A DNA stretch of 64,000 nt from Callorhinchus milii (taxonomy: Eukaryota), in contig NW_024704742.1 of the NCBI RefSeq assembly GCF_018977255.1, positions 89,282,001-89,346,000 of the forward strand, read 5' to 3'. Both the position numbers and the translations under genes were made by a program. The notes beneath the pieces are model-generated. The model was not told the DNA's origin and did not search any database. It saw only the letters and a program-made list of their open reading frames with translations. Positions 49,923 to 61,355 of this stretch are shown here, piece after piece; within the stretch, counting starts at the first letter, position 1; each line of letters starts with the position of its first letter.

Positions 49923-52900
49923 AGGGTGGTAGGCTTGTAGGGTTTTAGGAGGTTCAAAGAAGTAGGCTGTGGAGAGATTTGAAATGGAGCAAGGACCTTA
50001 AAGTCGATTTGATGGGGGGGGTGGGTGGGAAGCCATTGGAGCCAAACATGGATGGGGTAATGGGCTCGCAGAGCCTGTTGTAAGGGAGGACGCAGGCTGT
50101 AGATTTCTTGAAAAGAAAAGAAAGAAAAGAAGTGATGCTATAGTTCTGTGTATATATTCCTATTTTCCCATGTTTCACAATGATAATAATAATCCTTCTA
50201 TTTGATATAGCGCTTTTCACATCTTCTAGATATCTCAAAGCGCTTCACAGAATAGACTGTAAAGTGAATTGACTGTGTGATTCTTCTAACTTAGGAAGCC
50301 CCAAATTCCATTTAGTTTTGACCAGTCAGACTATTTGAGATGTCTAGAAGACATGAAAATGCTTTATCAAATGCAAGGATTATTATTAATATTATTATTA
50401 TTATTTTGTCTTAAGACGGCTCAGATTTGTCGAAAATTCTTAAATTCAGCTGTTTTCCCTTCTCCCTTCTCCCCCTGACCCCAGCTCGGGTCTGAAATAC
50501 TGTACACTGTCCAGCACCTTGAGACATCCTCCCGAGGTGAAAGGCACTTTACAAATGTGATCTTGTTGTTGTTGCTATTTTCCTCAGTCCTTAAAAAGAA
50601 CCTATTTTTAAATTAAGACCGAATTTAAGAATTTTCACATCTGTATATTCAATAGTTTAACATCACAAATCTATATTTGTACCGTTTCACTCAGATTTAC
50701 CTCCCTCTATCGCATGAAATGTTGCTCTAAGTAAGATCATGAGATGAATAAATAAAACAAGGAGCAGAGCTGAGACGCAATAATTTCAAACATCATCAGT
50801 GGAACAGTCAATAGCGAGCAGTGGTGTAAAATTCATTGTAATACTAAAGGTATGCATGTATTCAAAATTCTAAACCTTTGAAGAGTACACATAAATTTAA
50901 CAAGGAATCATTACAATATAATATGGAATGTCTGCTGTTAATAATTTAAGGCTGGGGACTTACTTTAAAACCTCTTGATTTAGAACTGTAACAATTTGCT
51001 TACTCGATCTTGAGCTTTCCAGCAAATGGATGGTTGAACAGACATCAGAAGTTTACATCTGGTGAAGAATGCTGGGCTTTGTAACAGAACCCTCACTTGA
51101 ACTGTAACATTTAAAGGCAAAGGTTATTGTGATATTTTGCTAGGTGTTCAACCAAATTGTTTTTCTTGGAAAGAAGCTAACCTTCACAGTTATCCATATT
51201 AAATGAAGCATCTGTGGAAGGAGCTTACCGAATACCATAAGTAAATTAACATTCCATTTCATTATCCAGAGAGAAATGCTGGCCTTTGCTATGTGACTCC
51301 TCTTAGACACAGACAGAATTTTTTCACCTAACGCTTCACTAGCAGCTGATACTCCTGCACGCTATCCTATGTGAAAGGCACAATATAAATGCATGCAGTT
51401 GTTCACAGCAAAATGTAAGCCTCAAACCGTGTTTTCACCCACAAAACTATGAATGGGACTATGAATTGGATAGAGTGAAGAAATCAAATACACCATGGCA
51501 GCAGGACCAAGAGGTCTCAAGACCCTCCTTTTCGACCGCGTCTTCGGCCACCCTTCTACCCCTACCCTCCCTGCCTTCCACCCCTCCTGATCCCAACCAC
51601 CAGCTTTAGTTAAAATCTCTGACTGTCCTCTTGATGTCCTCCCAACATAAAAGGCACTAGAAAATTGTATTTGTTGTTGTTGTTGCTGTCACAAATTCAG
51701 TGTTGTGAAGTGCAACTTTGGGACAGACCCCAGGAACGTGATCAACAGTGGAATGGGTTACCAGGAACGGTGGTAGAACTCAGGAGACTGAACTCATTTA
51801 AGAGGGGGCTGGTCAGAAAGGCTGAAAGCCTACCCTCCGATGGTGGGGCAGATAGGATGAATACATGAAGCAGGCCAGTCCTTGCTGATCGAAGGGAGTG
51901 GTTAGATCAATAGGGTTGAAGGAGGTAGGGTGCTGCGAGTCGATTGCAAAAATGTAAAGATTGGAATTGGGATCTTGAAGTCAATCTGCTGGAGTATGGG
52001 GAGGAAAGAGATGGGAAGTCTGGTGAGCAGAGTGTTGGTATAATCAGCCTGGACATGATAAAGCTTGGATAAGGGACTGTGACCCAAGAGGACAGATAGT
52101 GACAGAGGCAGGTAAGACAATTCATGAGGATAGCCATACTTAGACTCATGATTCTAAACTAAACCCATATAAATTATGATAATATTTATATAGCACCTTT
52201 CACATCAGAGAACATCCCAAGGAGATTAACAATCCTGGCAAGGTACCTGAGATGGGAGTGGGAATCGAGGGGGGTGGGGAGGGGAAAGACGAACGAAAGC
52301 AAGGTGGTGGGCAATATTTCAGAGCCCAACCCTTTTAGACAAATCAACCCTGCTTACCTGCCTTCTTGCAATCCCTCTGTCCAGAAACAATTTTCTTTAT
52401 GAACTGTTTTTTATTCTACCCATTTCAATGGCTGTCCCTAGTAACACATTGCCACAAGTCCATTAACATGTAAGTGGAAAAAAAAGTGGCTAATTTTTCA
52501 CTTGTCCTCCCTGAGATTTGACCATTTTTCCACAGTGAACAGTTTTGACTGGATCATTTATGTCAATCTCCTTCATGACTTCAATTAGGTCACTTCAATG
52601 TTCTTGTCAAGATCTCACCTTTTCTTTCTTCCTAATTGTACCTCAAACTGTTAAATGGTTAGATACTTTGGGCTAAACGCTTTTCCTGTTTCCAGCATCT
52701 CTGCTGATGTGCTGGGTACTTTTATGTGCTGCGGTTCATAAAGTGTCATTTTACTGGCTGTACAAAGTGCAGTTTCACACCAATGCATATGCAAGGTGTA
52801 ATAATCACATGTTCAAGAAATTTATTAGGCTGCCAGGAAGGAAATAGCATCAAAGAGCAATAATAAAATGAAGAGAACCATTTCCATTACCTTTGCTGTG

Positions 52901-53328
52901 AAATAAAACCTGGCACTAAGATCCATTGTAAAATCCTTGCATCATCAGGATAAGGGAAAAAACAAATACCAGCATTGTGGCTATGCTTCATCTAAAAGGA
53001 TCATAGACATTTCACATCAGGATATGGAGCTTACACCTTTGGATGAGGTATCAAAGCAAGGTCAGCCTGGCTTAGTAACTCGCTTGCATATGAGTCAGAT
53101 GGTTGTGGGTTCAAGCCCCATGTTGGGATTTTCAACTCACAGTCAAGGCTCACACTCCAATGTTCACATCAAATGAAACACTAAACCAAAGCCCCATCTG
53201 CATGTTCAGGTGCAGGTTGAAGATCCTACGGCACTATTCAAAAAGCGAAAGGAGTTTCTCCCAGTGTCCTGGCCAACAATCCCACAAATAAAATTTGTCA
53301 CTCACTTCAGAACTGTAAATTTGTCAGA

Positions 53329-54310
53329 ACTGTGTGCAGTTCTGGTGCCCACATTATAGAAGGCATGTAAAGGCACTGGAGAGGGTGCAAAGGAGATTCA
53401 CAAGGATGATCCCAGAACTGAGAGGTGACCTCCGGAATATCGCCAGACTACGGCACTACCTCACCCCTCACGCTGCTGAAACTCTGGTCCACACCTTTAT
53501 CACCTCAAGGCTGGACTATGGGAACTCTCTCCTCGCCGGCATTCCCGGCACCTCCCTCCACAAGCTGCAGGTCATTCAGAACTCTGCAGCTCGTGTACTG
53601 TCCCGCACCAGGCTTCGGGACCACATCACTCCCACCCTCGTTCGCCTCCACTGGCTCCCCATCCCCCAGGCTCTGGAACTCTATCCCCCAGTGCCTTCAC
53701 CTTGCCTCCTCCCTTTCCTCCTTCAAGGCCGGTCTCAAGACCTTTCTCTTTGACCGTGCCTTCAGCTCCCCTCTCGACTCTCTACCCCCTCCTCACTCCC
53801 TCCCTTCCCTCCCCTCACCCTGACCATTTCCCCCCTGCTCGGATCCCGACCCAACTGTCCAGCGCCTTGGGACGTGCTCCCGACGTGAAAGGCGCTCTAT
53901 AAATGGAATCTTGTTGTTGTTGTTGTTGTTTAAAATGATGAAAGGTTTTGATAGGGTAGACATAGGGAAGATGTTTCCACTTGTGGGTGAGACCAAAATC
54001 AGGGGCCATCAATATAAAATAGTCACAAATAGATCAAATAGGGAAGTTAGAAGAAATGTCTTCACACAGAGAGTAGTGGGATTGTGGAACATGCTACCAC
54101 AAGAAGTTGTTGATGCAAATAGCATAGATGTTTTTAAGGGGAAGCTAGATAGGGAAATGAGGGAGAAAGGAATAGAAGGTAATGCTTGAAGGCTTAGTTG
54201 AGGAAGAGCAGGAGGCGGCTCATGTGGAGCATTAACACCGGCATAGACTAATTGGGCCGAATGGCCTGTTTCTGTGCTGTATATCCTAATGTATTCGAAT
54301 ATATTCTAAT
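53329..54310 (+). mobile_element. CR1 3' fragment interrupted by an L2 3' fragment (53426-53930)
   Basis: CVQFWCPHYRRHVKALERVQRRFTRMIP ... FKMMKGFDRVD..TKIRGHQYK..FTQRVVGLWNMLP; CR1 3' UTR 'gggccgaatggcctgtttctgtgctgta'. Confidence 0.9.
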
Positions 54311-54419
54311 GTATTCATGGATGTTTGTAGAACATTGTTGTGCAAATTGACTGCCGTGTATGCCTACAAAATACACGGTCACTACACTGACTGTAAGATC
54401 CTGTGAAGTGCTTTGAGAC

Positions 54420-56890
54420 TTTATTTTCTGACTGGCAAGCAGTAATGAGAGGTGTTCCTCAGGGATCAGTGTGGGGGCCCCAGCTTCTCACTATATGTTT
54501 TCACAATTTAGATGGTGTAGAATGGATTCTCTCCAAATTTGCAAATGATACTAATATAGGAGGTGTGATAAGTAATGAGGACAGCAGTGGAAAATTGCAG
54601 AGGGATATAGACAGATTAAGAGAATAGACGGAACTATGGCAAATGGAGTTCAATCTGACAAAGTCCGAGATGGTCCATTTTGAATTGGAGTTGGACTACA
54701 TTCTTGACTGAGAAACACTTAGCGGGGTGAATGACCAAATGGATCCAGTTATTCTGGTTCATAAATCTTTAAAATGTGCAGAAGATAATCAAAAAGGCTA
54801 ATGCAACGTTGGCATTTATCACAAGGGGAGTGGAATACAAAAGTCAAGAAGTGATTTTATACAGTTGTACAAAAACGCTGGTCGGACCTCATTTGCAGTA
54901 TTATGTGCAGTTTTGGGCACCGAACCTCAGGAAGGATATATTGGCCTTAGAGTGTGAGGCGTCGATTTAATAAAATGATTCCTGGTGTCAAGGGCCTAAA
55001 TTATGATGAAAAGATTGTATTCTCTCAAGTTCGAGAGGTTGAAGGGTGATCTGATCGAGGTGAATAAAATTATAAAGGGATTTGATAGGCTGAATAATGA
55101 GCAAATGTTTACTCTGGTGAGAGAATTGAGGACTAGAGGCCATAGTCTTAAATTTGAGGCTAAAATTGTTTATAAGTGAAATAAGGAAACATGTTGTCAT
55201 GCCGTAGGTGGTGGAAATGTGGAATTCACTGCCCCAGAGGCAGAGTCAATTGAAAAATTCTAAATCCGATGGATTGGAAGATCGCAAATGTCACACCACT
55301 ATTTAAGAAAGGTGGAAAGGAAAAGATGGGGAACTATAGGCCAGTTAGTCTAACATCAGTGATAGGAAAAATTTTAGATTAAGGATGTGGAAGTGCGGTA
55401 TTTAGGGGAACACAATATAATTAGGCCAAGTCAACATGGCTTTACAAAAGGGAAGTCATGTATGACAAATCTCATAGAATTTTTTGAGGATATTTCGAGT
55501 AAACTAGATAAGGGTGAATCAGTGGATGTGGTCTATTTGGACTTCCAAAAGGCATTCGATAGGATGCCGCATAAAAGGTTAGTCCAAAAGATAGGGGCCC
55601 ATGGAATTGGGGGGAGCATATTAACTTGGTTTAGGGAATGGTTAACGGGTAGGAAACAAGGAGTAGGGATAAACGGATCCTTTCCAGATTGGCGGGATGT
55701 GACTAGTGGAGTGCCACAAGGATCAGTCCTTGGGCCTCAGCTCTTTGCCATCTACATCAAGATCTAGATCAGGACATCAAAGTTAATATATCTAAATTTG
55801 CGGATGACACAAAACTAGGAGGAAGTGTCAACACAGAGGATGACATTAAAAAACTTCAACGAGACCTAGATAGGTTAGGTGATTGGGCAGGTAGGTGGCA
55901 GATGAAGTATAATGTAGGGAAGTGCGAAGACATCCACCTGGGTAGCAAAAACGGTAGAGCGGATTTTTTTTAGAAGGGGAGAGATTGGAATGTGTTAGTG
56001 TCCAGAGGGACTTGGGTGTCCTTGTACACCAATCACAGAGAGTTAGTCTGCAGGTGCAGCAAACAATTAGGAAGGCAAACGGTTTGTTAGCATTCATTAT
56101 GAAAGGATTAGAGTATAAGAGTAGGGAAGTCTTGCTGCAACTGTATAGGGCCCTGGTGAGACCACACCTGGAATACTGTGTGCAGTTTTGGTCTCCTTAT
56201 TTAAGGAAGGATGTACTTGCTTTGGAGGGGGTGCAGCGTAGATTTACTAGGTTAGTGCCAGGGATGAAGGGGATGAGTTACGAGGATAGGCTGACCAACT
56301 TGGGCCTATATTCTCTAGAAAGTAGAAGAATTAGAGGGGATCTTATAGAAACCTATCAGATCATCAAAGGGCATGATAGAGTAGATACTGGGAGATTGTT
56401 TCCCCTGGTTGGAGAAACTAAAACCAGGGGTCACAACCTTAAAATCAGAGGCCAACCCTTTCACACTGAGTTGAGGAAGAACTTCTTCACTCAAAGGGTG
56501 GTGAATGTATGGAACTCACTACCCCAAAGGGCTGTTGACGCTCATTCCTTGAACATATTCAAGACTGAGATAGATAGATTTCTTATTGCAGAAGAGATTA
56601 AGGGATATGGGGATAAGGCAGGGTCAGGTTATTAGCTGGAGTTAGATTAGAAGATCAGCCATGATTGAATGGCGGGCCAGGCTCGGAGGGCCGAATGGCC
56701 TACTCCTCCTGCTCCTACATGTTATGTTATGTTATGTTATGGTATGTTAAACGCAAATAGATAAATACTTGATAGGCAGGGGTTTCAAGGGATATGGTGG
56801 GGAGACAGAATTGAGTTGCAGGTTGGCCATGATCTTGCAAAATGATGGAACAGGCTCGATGGGCTGATTGGCCTATTCTTGTTCCTATGA
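54420..56890 (+). mobile_element. Older degraded CR1 (54420-55265, resuming ~56750-56890), interrupted by a younger CR1
   Basis: GVPQGSVWGP, SKFANDT, PHLQYYVQFWAP with many stops; 3' UTR resumes after 56750. Confidence 0.8.
55268..56748 (+). mobile_element. Younger 5'-truncated CR1 LINE (RT domain to 3' end), frameshifted
   Basis: DWKIANVTPLFKKG, NYRPVSLTS, QHGFTKGKSCMTNL, YLDFQKAFD, GVPQGSVLGP, FADD (55797-55808), RPHLEYCVQFWSP; (tgtta)n tail. Confidence 0.95.
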
Positions 56891-57609
56891 GATGTCCTCC
56901 TGTCATGATTAAGTACTGTAGCAAATGCAAGGATTATTTTTTAGTATAATGCCACTGCAGCTGAGATCAGCTAAGTTATCAAAGAAGAGGGATCAATCCT
57001 GGGCTGTTGTAGCTCTGTATGGCTTTGTTTCACTGCTTTGTAAGGCAGAGGCTTTACCAATTGAGCTATTGGGGGAAGCTGATCTGACTTGCTCTTAAAC
57101 AGAAATTACTTTCAGTGGGTGATCTGTTATTTCATTGCAGCAAAGACATGAATTATTCAGAGGTTTAAAGGTAATAACTGGTCACTGCAAGAGTTTTAGA
57201 TGACTATAAAACAGATCGCTGGTTTACATTGGTATTCATGCTGTGTGTTGCATTGCATATAACCAAAGGCTATGTGTGTAAATAGTTCTGACAAGGAATC
57301 TGTTCAGTTTTGTTTCTTTATCATATCACAAACTGAGAATTTTAGAATCTCCAGACAAATGTGTTTTGAGTGTATCTGAATGTTCAACTAACATGGTGGC
57401 TCTACTTGGGGCAACTGGACAATGGACTAAGCTGCCTGGTTATATCTTCTATAATATTCATTACATATTTGCATTATAATACTTGAACAATCTTAAACTA
57501 TCTTGCATATTCGCATGAGAATCTGCACCGATACCAATGCTCGCTCTTCTGCTTTACCATTAATTTAGCATACGGCCTCTGAACCATACAGAACTACACC
57601 ATGCAGTAT

Positions 57610-57962
57610 ATAATAATAATAATAATAATAAATTTTGCATTTGATATAATGCCTCAGCACACCTTCGAAATTATACTGTAAAGTGAATTGACTGAATATT
57701 TTGTGGGCGAAACGCGGCAGCCAATTGCGCACAGCAGTGTCCCACAAACAGTCGTGGATTGTACTGACCAATTTATTATTATTATTTTCTTGAAGGAATT
57801 ATTACCCCCAGAAAAGCAATCTGCCAATCAATTAACAATCGGGTTCTTACTTACTGCTGGGTAAACAGAGACATGTGGAATAAGGAATCTTGCCTAACGT
57901 TTTGGTCTCTCAGGTCTCTCGCTTGCAAGGCAAGTGCTCTAACCACTGAGCTACAGATATCC
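57610..57962 (-). mobile_element. tRNA(Ala)-derived SINE, long form
   Basis: Reverse head 'gtgctctaaccactgagctacag', internal 'ggttcttacttactgctgggtaaacagag'. Confidence 0.9.
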
Positions 57963-58179
57963 TATCAATTTTGAGACATCCTCCTGAAAGAAAGGCACTA
58001 TATCAAGTACAAGGTTAATTATTATTTATTATTATTGTTCACCTAAAGGTCCCTCCACTCCGCAGTGATTCCTTTGAAGCACTTTGAGACATCTTCCTGA
58101 TGTGCAAGGTACTTTATCAAATATAAGGATCATTATTACTATTATTATGCAAAACATGTAAAATCTTAACTATTTTTCT

Positions 58180-58560
58180 CCTCAAACTCCTGTTTATTTA
58201 ATTCATTAAAAGGCGCATTGAACAACCGAAAACAATTTTATTAATTTTCTAATGATTTTTTATGTTTTACGCAATTAAAATAATGTTGCATTCACATTTT
58301 TCTATTATATGACTTGGAAGATATTAAATGCGGGTTCTAAATCAATATTCTTATTAAAACCAGTTCAGCAGGTCATATGTGTTTATGTATATACGTTCCA
58401 TTATATTTTGATTTATTTTTTCCAATCAGCTCTGGCTGCCTTATACAGAATCACTTACAATCCTGCCGAAACCCAGAGGAATACTGTCAACATTTTGGTG
58501 TCTGGTAACATATTAAGTCGACAATAAAAGGTTGCAATGCAGCCTCTACACTGAGCTTCT
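58180..58560. promoter_or_regulatory. Candidate conserved non-coding element
   Basis: Repeat-free, very AT-rich but complex; many TAAT/ATTA, TGATTTAT 58409-58416, AACAAT, retained CpGs. Confidence 0.35.
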
Positions 58561-59098
58561 AACTATTAGATAGGAAGAAAGTTAAGAGTGACTGACAGAA
58601 AATCTATTGAACTTCTTTGCAGTAGGGTTGCCTGGGCAAACATGTATTATAAACATCTGTTACCCAATGGACCTGGCATTTCTTGTACTTTTCTTGTAAG
58701 TTCACACTTCTTGCAAGCCATAGCCCTTTGCCTATGGGATTGACTTTCCAGTAATGTTGATTAAAGCAGCGATTGTCTTTGTGAATTGTCTCTCCTAAAC
58801 TATATCACATCCAGTGCGGGGGCGGGAGTGGGGGTGCGGGGGTGGTGGGGAGGGATGTGACGTTTCACATCGGATTTCATGTGAGTTATAAAACATCGCA
58901 TTTTCCCACTCTGTCTTTCCAAAGCATTTCAAGATATTTTTTACACAAAAGGTTTTCTGTAAGTGCAAGGTGTTATCTTGTCACCCCATGATGTGCCATT
59001 TATTGAACCTAAAGTGTGAACAAGTGCAAGAGGTGAAAAAATTTATAGCCCGTGCAAACTCAGATCAAAACTATTTCTGGTGATTATTTGTGGACAAC

Positions 59099-59419
59099 TG
59101 GGTGTCTGACACATGAGGAAATACATCACCCTGCTTAAGAATATTCAAACCAGACTGAGAATTCCATGCACACCACTTATATTGGAAATTTCCATATCTG
59201 AAATGGAATGCACACTGTCTCTTGCTTATCTAATTCTGGAGCATATTAGGTGCAAGTTGGCAGGATTCAAGGCACTCTCCCTGGAGAGACACATCCTGCT
59301 AACCTAATTCCACAAAGTTTCAGGTGCAGGTTGGCAAGAGCCAAATCTTTGGGACCCCAGAGTGTGCGTTCGCGTACTGTTGGAATTTAATCAGCTAAAA
59401 GTGCATAGCTTGCCATTGA
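59099..59419 (+). repeat. Unclassified dispersed repeat, copy 4, with internal tandem duplication
   Basis: Starts 'gggtgtctgacacatgaggaaatacatcac'; the block 'tgct.a.ctaattc...aggtgca.gttggca' occurs twice (~59220-59262, ~59295-59337). Confidence 0.8.
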
Positions 59420-60247
59420 GAGCACTGTTTGCAAACTTTCTGCTGCTTGTCCAACTAGGACCATGCTATTCATTAGGACTTTGGCTTGTAGAGTTAAAAG
59501 GAGCCGAGTGCGAAGAATCCTACTCAGAATGTAATGTTAATTACAAATTCTAGTATTTTATGGTGAGCAATTTATTTTTTTAGTGAAATAATAATAATCC
59601 TTGCATTTGATATAGCGCCTAATCACATCTTTGAGGTATCTCAAAATGGTTCACAGAATATATTGTCAAGTGAATTTTTGTTTAAATATTTGGTTGAAAA
59701 ATGCAGTCTTTGGGATGATAATTGGTGATAATTCTCACATCACATATTGCATTTTTCACCCATCAAATCAGGACTCTGTTGGTTTTCAGCAATTCTACTC
59801 TTCCTCTCATGTCACTGACACATTGCATCAGTTTTGTTATCCATATCCCCCAGTCAGCCTAGTGATGATGTCTTGTTTATGACAATGCCTTCTCAGTGAC
59901 TATGGGAAGCAGTTTGGAGACAAGTTTAAGGAAGATCTGACTCCAGAAGCTGCCATTGCTTGTTTCACCAGAGACAAACAGAATCCTGTCAAAATAAAGA
60001 GTTCAGAAAAATGTGACAGAAGGCATTGTGAGAGAAGTATATAATAGTGTGTACATGGAGGGGGGGGAGGGAGAAGAGTTACAAACCAGCGATCTCATCA
60101 ACAAGGACCTCAGATATCACAAGTGAAGCTGAGCAGTTTATTATGTGAACTCTTACATTGTGTCACTCTCTTCAATCATTTATTTAAACTTTTTTTCATT
60201 CCAATTTTCTATCTTATCTCATTGAGTCATGCTGTTGGACAGTCTTA

Positions 60248-60762
60248 AGAACATAAGAACATAAAAAATAGGAGCAGGAGTAGGCCATTTAGCCCCTCGA
60301 GCCTGCCCTGCCATTTAATAATAATAATAATAATAATCCTTGCATTTGATATAGGGCTTTTCACGTCGGGAGGACGTCCCAAAGCGCTTCACAGAACACA
60401 CTGTAAACTGAATTGACTGTATATTTGTGGGCGAACGCAACAGCCAATTGCGCACAGCAATGTCCCACAAACAGTCATGGATTGAAAATGACCAATTTAT
60501 TATTGTTTTTTGTTTTGGAGGGATTTTTATTAGGCTCTGTGTGGAGTAAGGAAACTTGCCCAAGGTTTTGCCCTGCCTGGAATTGAACTCAGGTCTCTCA
60601 CTTACAAAGCGAATGCTCTAACCACTGAGCTACAGGACTCCACAAATAATAAGATCATGGCTGATCTTCTAACCTAATTCAATTTACCTGCCCTATCCCC
60701 ATATCCTTTAATCCCTTTAGTTTTTAAAAATCTATTGATCTCAGTCTTGAATATGTTCAATT
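60248..60762 (-). mobile_element. CR1 3' end interrupted by a tRNA-SINE
   Basis: 'agaacataagaacataa..ataggagcaggagtaggccatttagcccctcgagcctg' ... 'aataagatcatggctgatc...cttgaatatgttcaat'. Confidence 0.85.
60316..60643 (-). mobile_element. tRNA(Ala)-derived SINE, short young form
   Basis: Reverse complement nearly identical to 43971-44292. Confidence 0.95.
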
Positions 60763-61052
60763 AACTAACTAACTAACTAACTGACTGACTGACTAACTAA
60801 CTATTTTTATGTGTTATCTGAGATAGTGAGTGTTCGCTGGCTGTTTGATGTAGGATGGAAACGTTACAGTAAAATAATGATATTTGCATATGATTTGGCA
60901 TCTTTGATGTTGGGAGGACATCTCAAAGCTTTTCACAGGATATACTGTAGAGTCATTGTGAATTTTGTCGGTGAACGCAGCAGCCAATTTGTGCTCAGCA
61001 ATGTCCACCAAACTGGCATGAAACAAATGAGCAATTTTATTTGGACAATGTT

Positions 61053-61355
61053 GCTGGGAATACTCAGCAGGTCAGGCAGCATCTATGGAGAAAGAAAAGT
61101 GAGTCAACGTTTCGGGTCCACAACCCTTCGTCAGAACTGGAACATGTTGGGAGATAAAGGCTTTTAAGGGCTTTCTCTCTGTTAGCCCTTAACAGCCTTT
61201 CTCTCCCAACATGCTCCAGTTTTGATGAAGGGTCGTGGACCCAAAACATTGACTCATTTTTCTTTCTCCATAGATGCTACCTGACCTGCTGAGTGTTCTC
61301 AGCTACTTTTGTTTTTGTTTCAGATTTTCAGCATCTGCAGAATTTTGCGTGTTGG
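61053..61355. mobile_element. Fold-back Penelope-like element end (arms 61053-61172 / 61184-61303) with hammerhead motifs
   Basis: ~120-bp inverted arms around an 11-nt loop; flanking duplication ttatttggacaatgttg (61037-61053) / ttatttggccaattgttg (61356-61373). Confidence 0.8.
61101..61138 (-). ncRNA. Minimal type I hammerhead ribozyme motif with intact core
   Basis: Minus strand reads AGUU-CUGACGA-A-GGGUU-gug-GACCC-GAAA-CGUU-GACU: stem I AGUU/GACU, 5-bp stem II, palindromic AACGUU in place of stem III, GUU cleavage triplet. Confidence 0.7.

Larger units (their letters stand above)
53060..56945 (+). mobile_element. One Deu-domain SINE split into three pieces (53060-53310, 54315-54419, 56888-56945) by nested LINE insertions
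   Basis: Head, body and tail pieces are collinear; 'tgagac'/'tgagat' flank the second insertion. Confidence 0.75.

Noticed and set aside
55985..56635. 216-aa open frame as a host gene or active element
   Set aside because: It is the C-terminus of CR1 ORF2; the element is 5'-truncated and frameshifted upstream (~55380, ~55760, ~55960)
58815..58856. G-quadruplex-capable G-runs (also ~1037-1067, ~4125-4152)
   Set aside because: Common low-complexity tracts with no supporting context
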